Part shown: positions 29,485-38,194 of the stretch, one piece after another
Numbering within the stretch: the stretch's first letter is position 1
Layout: every line of letters begins with the position of its first letter
Source of the DNA: Candidatus Bipolaricaulota bacterium
GTDB taxonomy: Bacteria; Bipolaricaulota; Bipolaricaulia; M55B111
DNA: 64,000 nucleotides
Assembly: GCA_018400715.1 (NCBI GenBank)
Contig: JAGYME010000005.1
Span: 3,620-67,619 of the forward strand
Reading direction: 5' to 3'
Translations under genes and position numbers: made by a program
Notes under the pieces: generated by a model
Seen by the model: the letters and a program-made list of their open reading frames with translations, nothing else
The model's database searches: none
Told to the model about the DNA's origin: nothing

Positions 29485-30453
29485 ATGATTGGCAAGGTTA
29501 GCCCAGAAGATTTGGAAAAATACGTCTTCCACAGAACTGGAAAGGACCGCGACAGCGTTCTGGTTGGGCCCGCTTATGGAGAGGATACGGCGGCAATCCA
29601 GATCGGAGATCAGGTCCTCGTCGTTAACTCGGACCCGATAATCTTCGCTGCTGAGGGCATCGGCACGCTGGGTATCAATATCGCGAGCAACGACGTAGCT
29701 GCGTCCGGCGCTGATCCAGAGTGGTTAACGGTAACCTACCTGCTCCCGGCGGAGGACGGGGAGGTCCTGGACAAGATTACCGACCAGATAGATAGAGCGT
29801 CAAAGAAACTGGATATATCAGTAGTCGGCGGACATTCCGAGTTTGTTCCAATACTCAATCGTCCCTTCCTTGGGCTAACTTGCTTTGGAACGACGGAAAA
29901 GTTTATTTCAACAGGAGGTGGAAAACCCGGCGACGTAATCGTCCTTACCAAAGGTGCCGGTGTAGAGGGCACGGGAATCATCGCCACCGACTTTCACGAC
30001 GAGGTGAGCGACGCAGTCGAGGGGTCGGTAATCAGCCGCGGGGCTGAGAACCTCGACAGGTTAAGCGTCATTCCCGAGTCAACCGTGCTGAGAAAGTACG
30101 CCAACTCGATGCATGACCCCACCGAAGGTGGAATAGTCGACGGCCTCCTGGAACTCGCGGTCGCTTCCGGACTTGAACTTCACGTGGACCGGGAAAAGAT
30201 AATTACTTCTTCCGAGACGGAACTGCTCTGCGGGGCGATGGACGTCGACCCCCTCAAGGTCTTTGGGTCCGGAGCCCTGGTCGCTACTCTACCGGAAGAA
30301 GACGCGCCACGGGCAATGACCGAACTAGAGGCGAAAGGGGTACCTGCAAGCGTGATCGGCCGCTGCGAAAGTGGAGAAACGCCGGGTCTCTACATCGATG
30401 ATGAGGTATACAGAGAACCTGTCAGAGACCAACTTTACGACCTCTGGGAGTAG
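29485..30453 (+). CDS. AIR synthase / HypE-like PurM-superfamily protein
   Basis: GEDTA, SDPI, NDVAASGA, GGHSE, MHDPTEGG. Confidence 0.88.
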   Translation: MIGKVSPEDLEKYVFHRTGKDRDSVLVGPAYGEDTAAIQIGDQVLVVNSDPIIFAAEGIGTLGINIASNDVAASGADPEWLTVTYLLPAEDGEVLDKITDQIDRASKKLDISVVGGHSEFVPILNRPFLGLTCFGTTEKFISTGGGKPGDVIVLTKGAGVEGTGIIATDFHDEVSDAVEGSVISRGAENLDRLSVIPESTVLRKYANSMHDPTEGGIVDGLLELAVASGLELHVDREKIITSSETELLCGAMDVDPLKVFGSGALVATLPEEDAPRAMTELEAKGVPASVIGRCESGETPGLYIDDEVYREPVRDQLYDLWE

Positions 30454-30456
30454 GAC

Positions 30457-31095
30457 CTAGCGGAAGTAGTCAATCAATTCGCGCATTTCGTTCATCCCTG
30501 CGCCGTCGCGGGTGAAGAGGATAAATTTCATGCCTGTGGCCTCCGCGAATTCTCTATCTCCGGCTCTATCGCCAATGTACCATGAATTACCCTTCCCGAT
30601 AGTCATAACGAGCTTTTTATAGAGGTAGGGGTGCGGTTTCAATCTATCCAGGTCCTCCAACTCCAGCCCGCGCCCCGCCCAGGCGGAAAAGAGGTCTTCA
30701 AACCCGTAACGGGTAACGAACTCGTCCACGACGATCTGCGGAGAGTTACTGATAATCGCCAGAGAGTAATCCTCAGCCAGTTCGTATAGAAGTTCGACGT
30801 CGGAGAACGACGTCATCCGCCCGGACTCTATCATCCGGACCTTCCTCTCTATGTAATACCTGTCCCTGATCTTCCAGATCTCCTCCGGCGTGCCGGGAAA
30901 ATCACGTACTGCCACCGTGAATTCGTCGAGGTTGCCCGGATAGAGTTTTTCCATGTTCTCCTGCGTCGGATCCACACCTACCTCTTCCAGCGCGGACCTC
31001 GTCGCTTCCACAAGCCAGCTCAGGTCGCTTTCCGAGTCAAGCAGTACTCCGTCCATGTCAAAGATGATTCTCTCGTCGCGGCCTTTTATGCTCAT
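30457..31095 (-). CDS. HAD family hydrolase
   Basis: FDMDGVLLDS, ISNS, KPHP, YIGDR..D. Confidence 0.88.
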   Translation of the reverse strand: MSIKGRDERIIFDMDGVLLDSESDLSWLVEATRSALEEVGVDPTQENMEKLYPGNLDEFTVAVRDFPGTPEEIWKIRDRYYIERKVRMIESGRMTSFSDVELLYELAEDYSLAIISNSPQIVVDEFVTRYGFEDLFSAWAGRGLELEDLDRLKPHPYLYKKLVMTIGKGNSWYIGDRAGDREFAEATGMKFILFTRDGAGMNEMRELIDYFR

Positions 31096-31173
31096 CGTTA
31101 GCGGAGTTCCCTTGTTATCCTGAAAGTAAACGTTATACCAATATGAATTCTTATAATTTCGCCGGGGAAGGTC

Positions 31174-32214
31174 TTAACTACAACTACAGTTAGTGGCGTC
31201 ATGGATGACGTCACGCATGTCAACCTCTCCGCCGGCGATTCGGGCACACTGACCACAGCCGGAGCAACCATATTCCCCAAACTTCTCGTAGTAGCGGACG
31301 AACTTGTCGTAGAACATCTCTTTGATCCGACTATCCGTCGTGTCGTCCGACTCTAATTCCTTACACATCTTCTTGATAGTCGCTCCGTCCCACACCTCGC
31401 CAAGTATCTCGGTCTTGGAGCCCTCTTGCTTGAGATCGTGTAGGGCAAGAGAAGTCGGACAGGCCAGAGTGTACGCAGAGCAGTAACTGCTTTTCCTGGA
31501 GTACTTCTTCCAGAAGGGGGCGTCACGTCCGACCTCGTCAAGATGTGAACCGACCTCAAAGTAACTGTTCTGTTCCTCAAGGCGACTGGTCATCTCCTCG
31601 CGGTGCTTTTCCCGTTCCCGTATTTGGTCTTCGGTCGCCTCAGTAAAGTAATGATTATAGCGGTCGAGGAGCTCGTGCCCTTTCGCTGAATCCTCTCCTA
31701 CCTCAATTATTAAATCCCCATAAGCGGGGAGGTTGGAGACGTTCAAATCGAACCCGCTCTTTGGATAGGGGGCTCCGCCGACCTTGTTGCAGAAACACTT
31801 GTCAGAAACGTCGATACAGTCGCAGGAGATTATCGTGGTCCTTTCCCTGCGCTGATCGTAGAACGGGTAACTGAAATCCCCCTCCGAGAAGGCCTTGTCG
31901 AGAATTTGCAAAGACCTAATTTCACAACTCTTGTAACCGAAAATCACCGTCTCCTTGTCCTCTTTCTCCGGATTACCGTCGGGATAGGTGTGTAAAATGT
32001 TCTTCGGTGGAAGGAAAAAATCTTTGGATATCGCGTCGGTGCGCCGACAATTGAGTTGAAAGTGGGTTTTGTCAGGTTCCCAGCGAGAGAATTCCCATTT
32101 GGACCTCGGCCCACCTTCCTGCTGGCAAAAGACAGGCATAAATACGTAGGCATCGGATGCCAGATCGTCAAACATACTCCGCAAATCCCACTCAGAAAGA
32201 CTGTATATTTCCAT
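31174..32214 (-). CDS. AsrA / sulfhydrogenase-beta-like Fe-S protein with degenerate ferredoxin motifs
   Basis: FGYKSCE...LD..F, RR.....I..DC...CFC, GFD, ACPT, CSGCGQC. Confidence 0.75.
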   Translation of the reverse strand: MEIYSLSEWDLRSMFDDLASDAYVFMPVFCQQEGGPRSKWEFSRWEPDKTHFQLNCRRTDAISKDFFLPPKNILHTYPDGNPEKEDKETVIFGYKSCEIRSLQILDKAFSEGDFSYPFYDQRRERTTIISCDCIDVSDKCFCNKVGGAPYPKSGFDLNVSNLPAYGDLIIEVGEDSAKGHELLDRYNHYFTEATEDQIREREKHREEMTSRLEEQNSYFEVGSHLDEVGRDAPFWKKYSRKSSYCSAYTLACPTSLALHDLKQEGSKTEILGEVWDGATIKKMCKELESDDTTDSRIKEMFYDKFVRYYEKFGEYGCSGCGQCARIAGGEVDMRDVIHDATNCSCS

Positions 32215-32290
32215 ATCTGCCTCCCGTAAAAACTTTCGACGGCTAAAGTAGGCGGTACCTTCTAAGATTAACGAGGTCTGAGCGTTTCGT

Positions 32291-32935
32291 CAAATTCGCA
32301 GTTCTCAGTTCGCAGTTCTCAGTTCTCAGTCAGGGGTCCTGAGTGTTGGGTTTTGGGTCTTAGGTCCTGGCAATTAGTCTCTAGTAACCAACTTAATCAA
32401 ATCCCCCATCTACACGTTACCCGCTACCCGTTACACATTACACATCACCAATTAATCAATTCACCAATCAACCTGTCAACTCTTTAACTCATTAACACGT
32501 TACCCGTGACTGTCTTAAATAACGGTGCTGGGAGATTTCTACAAATGTTGACACAATTAATTCGGTATGTGCAGGCTAGCTGAACGACTACGTTGCACAT
32601 ACCGAAGCAACTCGGTAAACCCTTATACCAAACATGACCCCACGGGTGAACCCGTGGCTATGCCCGTAAAAGTTACACATACCGGAGTAACTGGTACCGG
32701 ATACCTGTTACCTGGTACCTCGCTAACACAACCAACTCCCGCTCACAGACCAACCCACATCCTACCCCCTACATCCTAAACCCTGGCTCCTAATACCTCA
32801 CCACCCATCACCCAATTAACCAATTAACCAATCAACTCTTTGACCCATCAACACATCAACCCGTTAACCCGACGTCCGCTCACCAGCCAACCTGAATCCT
32901 AAACCCTACCCCCTGGTACCGGATACCGGATACCT
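32291..32935 (+). repeat. Modular short-tandem-repeat element, copy F (largest, composite)
   Basis: (CAGTTCT/CAGTTCG)5, B-type left arm, octamer block, ~160-nt core with hairpins, D-type right arm, second octamer block, terminal CTGGTAC-CGGATAC-CGGATAC. Confidence 0.9.
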
Positions 32936-32957
32936 CTTATACTTATCGAGGAGGCCA

Positions 32958-33353
32958 ATGAACAACACTGACGCAGAGCATTTAATCGAAATGGCAAAAG
33001 AGGCGCGGGAGAACTCGTATTCACCGTACTCAAACTTTCCAGTGGGCGCAGCCCTCATGACCCCCGCAGGAGAAATTTACACGGGGACCAACGTGGAAAA
33101 CGGCGTGAATGGTCTGTCGCTCTGCGCGGAACGCGTGGCACTGTTCAAGGCAATATCAGAAGGGGAAAGGGAATTCGAGAAACTTGCTGTCGTCTGTGGT
33201 GATACGTTCTGCAGGCCTTGCGGGGCGTGCCGTCAGACGTTAAAAGAACACGCACCAGACCTAACGGTCATCATGGCCGACACCTCAGGAAACTACGAGA
33301 TCAAGTCCCTAAAGGAACTTCTACCCAAGGCCTTCGGATTGGACGAGGCCTAA
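32958..33353 (+). CDS. cdd: Cytidine deaminase (homotetrameric type)
   Basis: YSPYSNFPVGAA, NVEN, CAER, PCGACRQ, LLP.AF. Confidence 0.96.
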   Translation: MNNTDAEHLIEMAKEARENSYSPYSNFPVGAALMTPAGEIYTGTNVENGVNGLSLCAERVALFKAISEGEREFEKLAVVCGDTFCRPCGACRQTLKEHAPDLTVIMADTSGNYEIKSLKELLPKAFGLDEA

Positions 33354-33574
33354 GAGACGGGGCCGTCGTCACTACGGTCCCCATCCACTACCTCCCCGCA
33401 ATGGGGGCAATAATAGTTCCCCTTCTCGTAGTAACGCCCACAATGCGGGCATCTGGCATACTTCTCCGACTTTTCCTGAACGAACTTCCGATAGAGGTAC
33501 CTAACTCCAAAGAAGACGACTACCCCTACCAGAACGATTAACAGCGGGAAATAGCTGATGAGGACCCCCCTCAC
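33350..33574 (-). CDS. Small membrane-anchored zinc-ribbon protein
   Basis: N-terminal TM then CPHCG...YCPHCG; overlaps rsmA stop. Confidence 0.7.
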   Translation of the reverse strand: MRGVLISYFPLLIVLVGVVVFFGVRYLYRKFVQEKSEKYARCPHCGRYYEKGNYYCPHCGEVVDGDRSDDGPVS

Positions 33575-34470
33575 CTACCCTTTTCGCCAGAATCACCCTC
33601 TCCGCCTAACTCGTATCGCCCAACCTCTTCTGCCAGCTCGTCCAGCTCTTCTATAGTAATGTTTTCCGGCCGCTTCCTCGGGTCGAGGCCGGACCGCGAG
33701 AGTAACTCATCCGTAGACTCCTTATCCATATTCAACTCCGGGCTGATTATCAGCCCCTTTCTTATTGTCTTCCTGCGGTAATTGAAAAGCTCCCTGACCA
33801 ATCTAAAGAAGAGGCCAGGGTCGGCAGCAAAATTTTTCTCTGCGCGGGGGACGATCTGTATCGTCGTGGAGTCGACGTCCGGCCTGGGATAGAAACTATC
33901 CCTGGAAACGTCAGTCACCTTTTCTACCTCCGCATAACCCCGGACGAGAAAGGTTATCGGCCCAACTTCCCTGGAACCCGGCTCAGCCAGTATTCGCTCC
34001 GCAACCTCCCGCTGGACCGTAAAAACTATTCCCGAAAAATATGATCTCTCCTGCATCCCTTTCTCGATCATTTTTGCGGTCAGGTGGTAAGGGATGTTTC
34101 CCACCAGGGTTGCCCCCCCGTTTGGACGCAATTCAAGGTCCGCCGGGGTTAACGCCAAAAAGTCCTCGTTGAGAAAAGTAACCGCCGGCGACCCGGCGAT
34201 ACGATTAAATGGTTCTTCCAGCCTGTCATCTATCTCCACGGCAATCACCCTGCGATGGTCCTCCTTAAGCAGGCACGTCAACGACCCGATTCCCGACCCT
34301 ATCTCGACCAGCTCGTCCATCTCACCGGTCGCCTCGCTAATCTTTTCCAGGGCTGCCCGTTCAAACAGGAAGTTCTGCCCCAATCCCTTCGCCGGGGATA
34401 GGTCGTAATAGGAAAGTATTCGTTTTAGGCTGGAAAGGCTGTACAGATCATCGCAGTTAAATAAGCTCAC
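33571..34470 (-). CDS. rsmA: 16S rRNA m6,2A1518/1519 dimethyltransferase
   Basis: LGQNFL, EIGSGIG, GNIPYH, QREVAER, FYPRPDVDS, RRKT. Confidence 0.95.
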   Translation of the reverse strand: MSLFNCDDLYSLSSLKRILSYYDLSPAKGLGQNFLFERAALEKISEATGEMDELVEIGSGIGSLTCLLKEDHRRVIAVEIDDRLEEPFNRIAGSPAVTFLNEDFLALTPADLELRPNGGATLVGNIPYHLTAKMIEKGMQERSYFSGIVFTVQREVAERILAEPGSREVGPITFLVRGYAEVEKVTDVSRDSFYPRPDVDSTTIQIVPRAEKNFAADPGLFFRLVRELFNYRRKTIRKGLIISPELNMDKESTDELLSRSGLDPRKRPENITIEELDELAEEVGRYELGGEGDSGEKGR

Positions 34471-35729
34471 AGGTCAAGCAACCCGACCTTCTCTAAGTCC
34501 TTGACCTCGTTGGCAGAATATTCTACGGGCTTGCGTTTGTAGCCGCGGGGGATTTCCGTCCGATCGTATCCCAGACCGTCTTCCAATCGGAACCGGCCGT
34601 TCCCGACCCGGCTGAGCACCCCCCTATCCTCGCAATAGTTGATAAAACTCTGCCACCTCTTCTCGAGCCCGTCGGTAGTATTCAGGTCCTCGTCTACGTG
34701 GAAACCGGCCTCCCTTGCCTCTTCCAGGTACTCGCGGACCTGAGCGAAGAACTCATCCTCTTCGATTATCTCTTGGCCTCCACCATCTGCATTAACAAGG
34801 TAGTAACTGGCGAGCTGGCCCAGGTTTACTGTCGTCAACCGCAGAATTCTCTGCCTGAGGACCCTGCTCTGCTCCTTCCTATCGACCCCGCTCATCCCCT
34901 CTATCTCCTCGCCAACGTTGACTAAGATCTTGGTCTTCCCGCCCGTCAGGTAGTCATAAGTTATGTTCGTCGGAGTTACCACTACGTCCGTGTTGGCCTC
35001 GTCAAGGAGTATCAACAAACTATCCTTCAGCTTTCCCAGCATTCCGTTTCGCGACAGGGTCCCCTCCGGGGTTATGTAGATTATCTCACCCTCATCCAGA
35101 AGATCGATAAACGTGTCTAGCTGCTTTCTGACGCCAAACAACTTCGTCTTCTTTACCGCCTTACGGAACGAGGACTTGAAACAGCTGGACTTGATCTTCT
35201 TGCGGGGATACCCCTCGCTATTGAAGAACTCCGTTATCGTCATGTCAGGGTGTCCAAAGGAAGCATCTTCGAGGAGGTCGTGGAGCGCGTCCTCCTTGAT
35301 GATTTCGTTTAATCGATGGTCTCCGTTAGTCTCGAGGATTATCCTCAGAGCATCGTGGACGGGTACAGAATGGAAGTCCAGTTTACCTATCGGATAGGCG
35401 TGCACTCCCCTCAAAATATAACCAAGGGACAAGGGCTGAAGAACCTTCTTGAGAAACTTTGGTCCCTTGATCCAGCTCCCGAGGAACCCAGGTTGAAAGA
35501 GGTTCTCGTCCCCCATAAACGAGACGTGATGTGAGGGGTGCAGGAAGCCATTTCGAAAGTAGAAGACGGACGCCAGCAGGACTGAGTCGAGGTCCCGCTT
35601 GTGGTTGGCCACGATTAACGTCGATGGAGTTTCCGTGTAGTTCTCCAGGCCATTTACCCGTAAGGTAAAATTCTTTTTGATCCCGACCCGAACGGCTACA
35701 CCAATCAGATAATACAGTAGCTCGAACAT
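34467..35729 (-). CDS. Glycerolipid acyltransferase (PlsB/PlsC superfamily)
   Basis: ANHKRDLD (HxxxxD) and TPEGT motifs. Confidence 0.8.
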   Translation of the reverse strand: MFELLYYLIGVAVRVGIKKNFTLRVNGLENYTETPSTLIVANHKRDLDSVLLASVFYFRNGFLHPSHHVSFMGDENLFQPGFLGSWIKGPKFLKKVLQPLSLGYILRGVHAYPIGKLDFHSVPVHDALRIILETNGDHRLNEIIKEDALHDLLEDASFGHPDMTITEFFNSEGYPRKKIKSSCFKSSFRKAVKKTKLFGVRKQLDTFIDLLDEGEIIYITPEGTLSRNGMLGKLKDSLLILLDEANTDVVVTPTNITYDYLTGGKTKILVNVGEEIEGMSGVDRKEQSRVLRQRILRLTTVNLGQLASYYLVNADGGGQEIIEEDEFFAQVREYLEEAREAGFHVDEDLNTTDGLEKRWQSFINYCEDRGVLSRVGNGRFRLEDGLGYDRTEIPRGYKRKPVEYSANEVKDLEKVGLLDL

Positions 35730-35936
35730 AGGAGTTACCTAATAACCCACCTTTTTCCTGTTTTAAAAGTCAAAAACCCGCGATCTACCCCATAATTTTC
35801 ATGTATCCTGGAAAAAAAGACAAGTGGTTGCGTTTCTTACTACTCCTCGATAACCTTTTTTACAATATATATAATAGACTCGTACATGAACTAGATTACG
35901 ACAATAGATTAATCCAACAAGCGGGGATTGTGATAC

Positions 35937-36941
35937 ATGAAAACTGTATGTGTTTACGAAGATCCAACGATGTATGGCGTCCATGGCATTACCGCAGCAG
36001 TTAAGCATCAGAAGAAGGCCCTCGCCGAGAACGGGGTTGAAGTAGTCGACAAACTTAGCAGTTCCTGCGAGGTAATTCACATCAATTGGCCGGGGCCGAT
36101 TTCATTTATGAAGTTAAAGCAGGCCCAGCGACGTGGGAACATGGGCGTCGTCTTCGCCCATTCCGGCAAGGATATTGAGGGGGGATTCACCCTATCTGAA
36201 CATCTACAGAAGCCATTTATCAAATGGCTGTCGGCACTATACAGCTCCGGAGACCGGATCATTGCTCCGTCCGAGTACACCAGGGATATGATCTCCGACT
36301 TTGGAGTAGATGAGGGCAAAGTCAGGGTGGTAAGCAACGGAGTCGACCTCTCCAAGATCGAGTACTCAGAGGAGGGGCGTGAGAGGTATCGAAGGAAATA
36401 CGACCTAACTAAGCCGACCGTAATCGTCGTCGGTCAGGTAATCCCCCGCAAGGGGATCGAGACGTTCGTCGACACGGCGAGGAAGCTCCCGGAATACAAC
36501 TTCATCTGGTACGGACACCGCATGAACCGGCTCTTTATGTTCGACAGGGACATGGACCAGGCGATTAACAACGCACCTGACAACTGTCAGTTCACGGGTT
36601 ACGTGGAGGACATAGGTGCAGCGTTTTCCTCCGGTGACCTCTTCTTCTTTCCCTCTACCGAAGAGAACGAAGGTATAGTGCTGCTAGAGGCGGCCGGTAG
36701 AGGTCTCCCCATCGTCACCAGAGACCTGCCTGCCTACCGCGGTTGGTTGAACCACGGATCCAATTGCTTGAAAGGGGAAAGCGATGAGGAGTTCGTCGAC
36801 CTGATCAAACGGGGCATGGAGGACGAAGACCTCCGAGAACGTCTAATTGCTAACGGGAGGGTTACCGCCGAAGAGCACAAGCTGAAAAACATCGGCAAGA
36901 AATACCTGGATATTTACGATTCTTTCCAAGCGGAGGGGTAG
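35937..36941 (+). CDS. GT4 glycosyltransferase (glycolipid synthase-like)
   Basis: VSNGVD, IPRKG, FPSTEENEGIVLLEA. Confidence 0.9.
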   Translation: MKTVCVYEDPTMYGVHGITAAVKHQKKALAENGVEVVDKLSSSCEVIHINWPGPISFMKLKQAQRRGNMGVVFAHSGKDIEGGFTLSEHLQKPFIKWLSALYSSGDRIIAPSEYTRDMISDFGVDEGKVRVVSNGVDLSKIEYSEEGRERYRRKYDLTKPTVIVVGQVIPRKGIETFVDTARKLPEYNFIWYGHRMNRLFMFDRDMDQAINNAPDNCQFTGYVEDIGAAFSSGDLFFFPSTEENEGIVLLEAAGRGLPIVTRDLPAYRGWLNHGSNCLKGESDEEFVDLIKRGMEDEDLRERLIANGRVTAEEHKLKNIGKKYLDIYDSFQAEG

Positions 36942-37051
36942 GCGCCCAGGTGGGTGCCAACGCGGGCGGCCTTGATTTTTTGGACGTCGACTTGCACAAT
37001 CTTTAAGCTAAGGAGATTAACTAAAAAAGTACCCACAAGCGGAGGTAGACA

Positions 37052-37495
37052 ATGCAAAATACATGGATGGCAAAGAAAGAGGAAATAACCCACGACGATA
37101 GAGATTGGTATGTGATAGACGGAGAAAACAAACCACTGGGAAGGCTGGCGAGTGAGATCGCGACGCTGTTACAGGGAAAGCACAAACCAATCTACACTCC
37201 TCACGTGGATACCGGGGATTTTGTGGTCCTGCTGAATAGCACCAAGGTCAGGTTGACGGGGAACAAGGCAGAGCAAAAGATGCACTACAGCCATTCCGGA
37301 TACCTGGGAAATCTGAAGAGCAAGAGCTACGGTGAACTGCTGGAGAGCGGTTCCCTTATTCCCGCCAAGGAAGCTGTCCGACGGATGATGCCCAAGACCA
37401 AGCTCGGAAGAGAGATGATGAAAAAGCTCAAACTCTACGAGGGTACCGACCATCCCCACGAGAACGAGGATTTAATCGAATACGAGATAGATTAA
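37052..37495 (+). CDS. rplM: 50S ribosomal protein L13
   Basis: WYVID, LGRLAS, GKHKPIYTPHVDTGD, HSGY.G. Confidence 0.97.
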   Translation: MQNTWMAKKEEITHDDRDWYVIDGENKPLGRLASEIATLLQGKHKPIYTPHVDTGDFVVLLNSTKVRLTGNKAEQKMHYSHSGYLGNLKSKSYGELLESGSLIPAKEAVRRMMPKTKLGREMMKKLKLYEGTDHPHENEDLIEYEID

Positions 37496-37596
37496 CCCAC
37501 GGTCCTTTCTCACTAACCCCCCAAGAGGGCGGAACCGTTCATCAGTAAACATCCCAATTATCGGTCAATAGTCAGTCAGGGTCGATACTTCCCTAA

Positions 37597-37625
37597 TTGA
37601 CTACCATTTCTGAGTAACATATACT
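37597..37625 (+). promoter_or_regulatory. Putative sigma70 promoter of yceD-ruvC-polA
   Basis: TTGACT-N17-TATACT. Confidence 0.6.
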
Positions 37626-37660
37626 TCTACTGTGGAAATTTTGTCGGGGAGGAGATTCCG

Positions 37661-38194
37661 ATGCACATCAACTTAAGCGAACTTCGTAGAAGAGAAGGCG
37701 AATTCGTTCACTTCGAAGAAGAAATCGAGCTCGACCAAATCAACTTTCACCAGGACGAACTACCCGTTAGGGGGCCACTGAGCGTCTCTGGCGGTGCAAT
37801 ATTCACGTCCGACGAGACTGTGCACGTCTCACTCGATTTTTCGGCGAACGTAGTTCAACACTGTCGTCGTTGCCTGGAACCGATTGAAGAACACCTGGAC
37901 CGCCACGAGGAGCTCGAATTCCGATTTGACATCGACACGGAGGTCGATAGCGACGGAGACCTTTCGATCTATCGATACCAGAAAACCGACAAAACGATCG
38001 ATTTGCTCCCGTACCTCAAGCGTTTTATCAAGCTTGACTTGGAGCCGTACCCTCTTTGCAAACATGATTGCAAGGGTCTTTGTCCACACTGCGGTGCTAA
38101 CCTAAACCTCGAGGAGGACCATCAATGTCAGGAAGAAGAGGAAAAGACGGGCGCCAAGGACCCGCGAATGGATAAACTAGGGGAGTTGCTGTGA
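37661..38194 (+). CDS. DUF177 / YceD family protein
   Basis: CRRCL, PLCKHDCKGLCPHCGANLN, DPRMDKL. Confidence 0.92.
   Translation: MHINLSELRRREGEFVHFEEEIELDQINFHQDELPVRGPLSVSGGAIFTSDETVHVSLDFSANVVQHCRRCLEPIEEHLDRHEELEFRFDIDTEVDSDGDLSIYRYQKTDKTIDLLPYLKRFIKLDLEPYPLCKHDCKGLCPHCGANLNLEEDHQCQEEEEKTGAKDPRMDKLGELL

Noticed and set aside
5773-32935. Repeat elements as CRISPR arrays
   Set aside because: No constant 23-47-nt repeat alternating with unique spacers; units are 7-8 nt and degenerate; no cas genes in the window.
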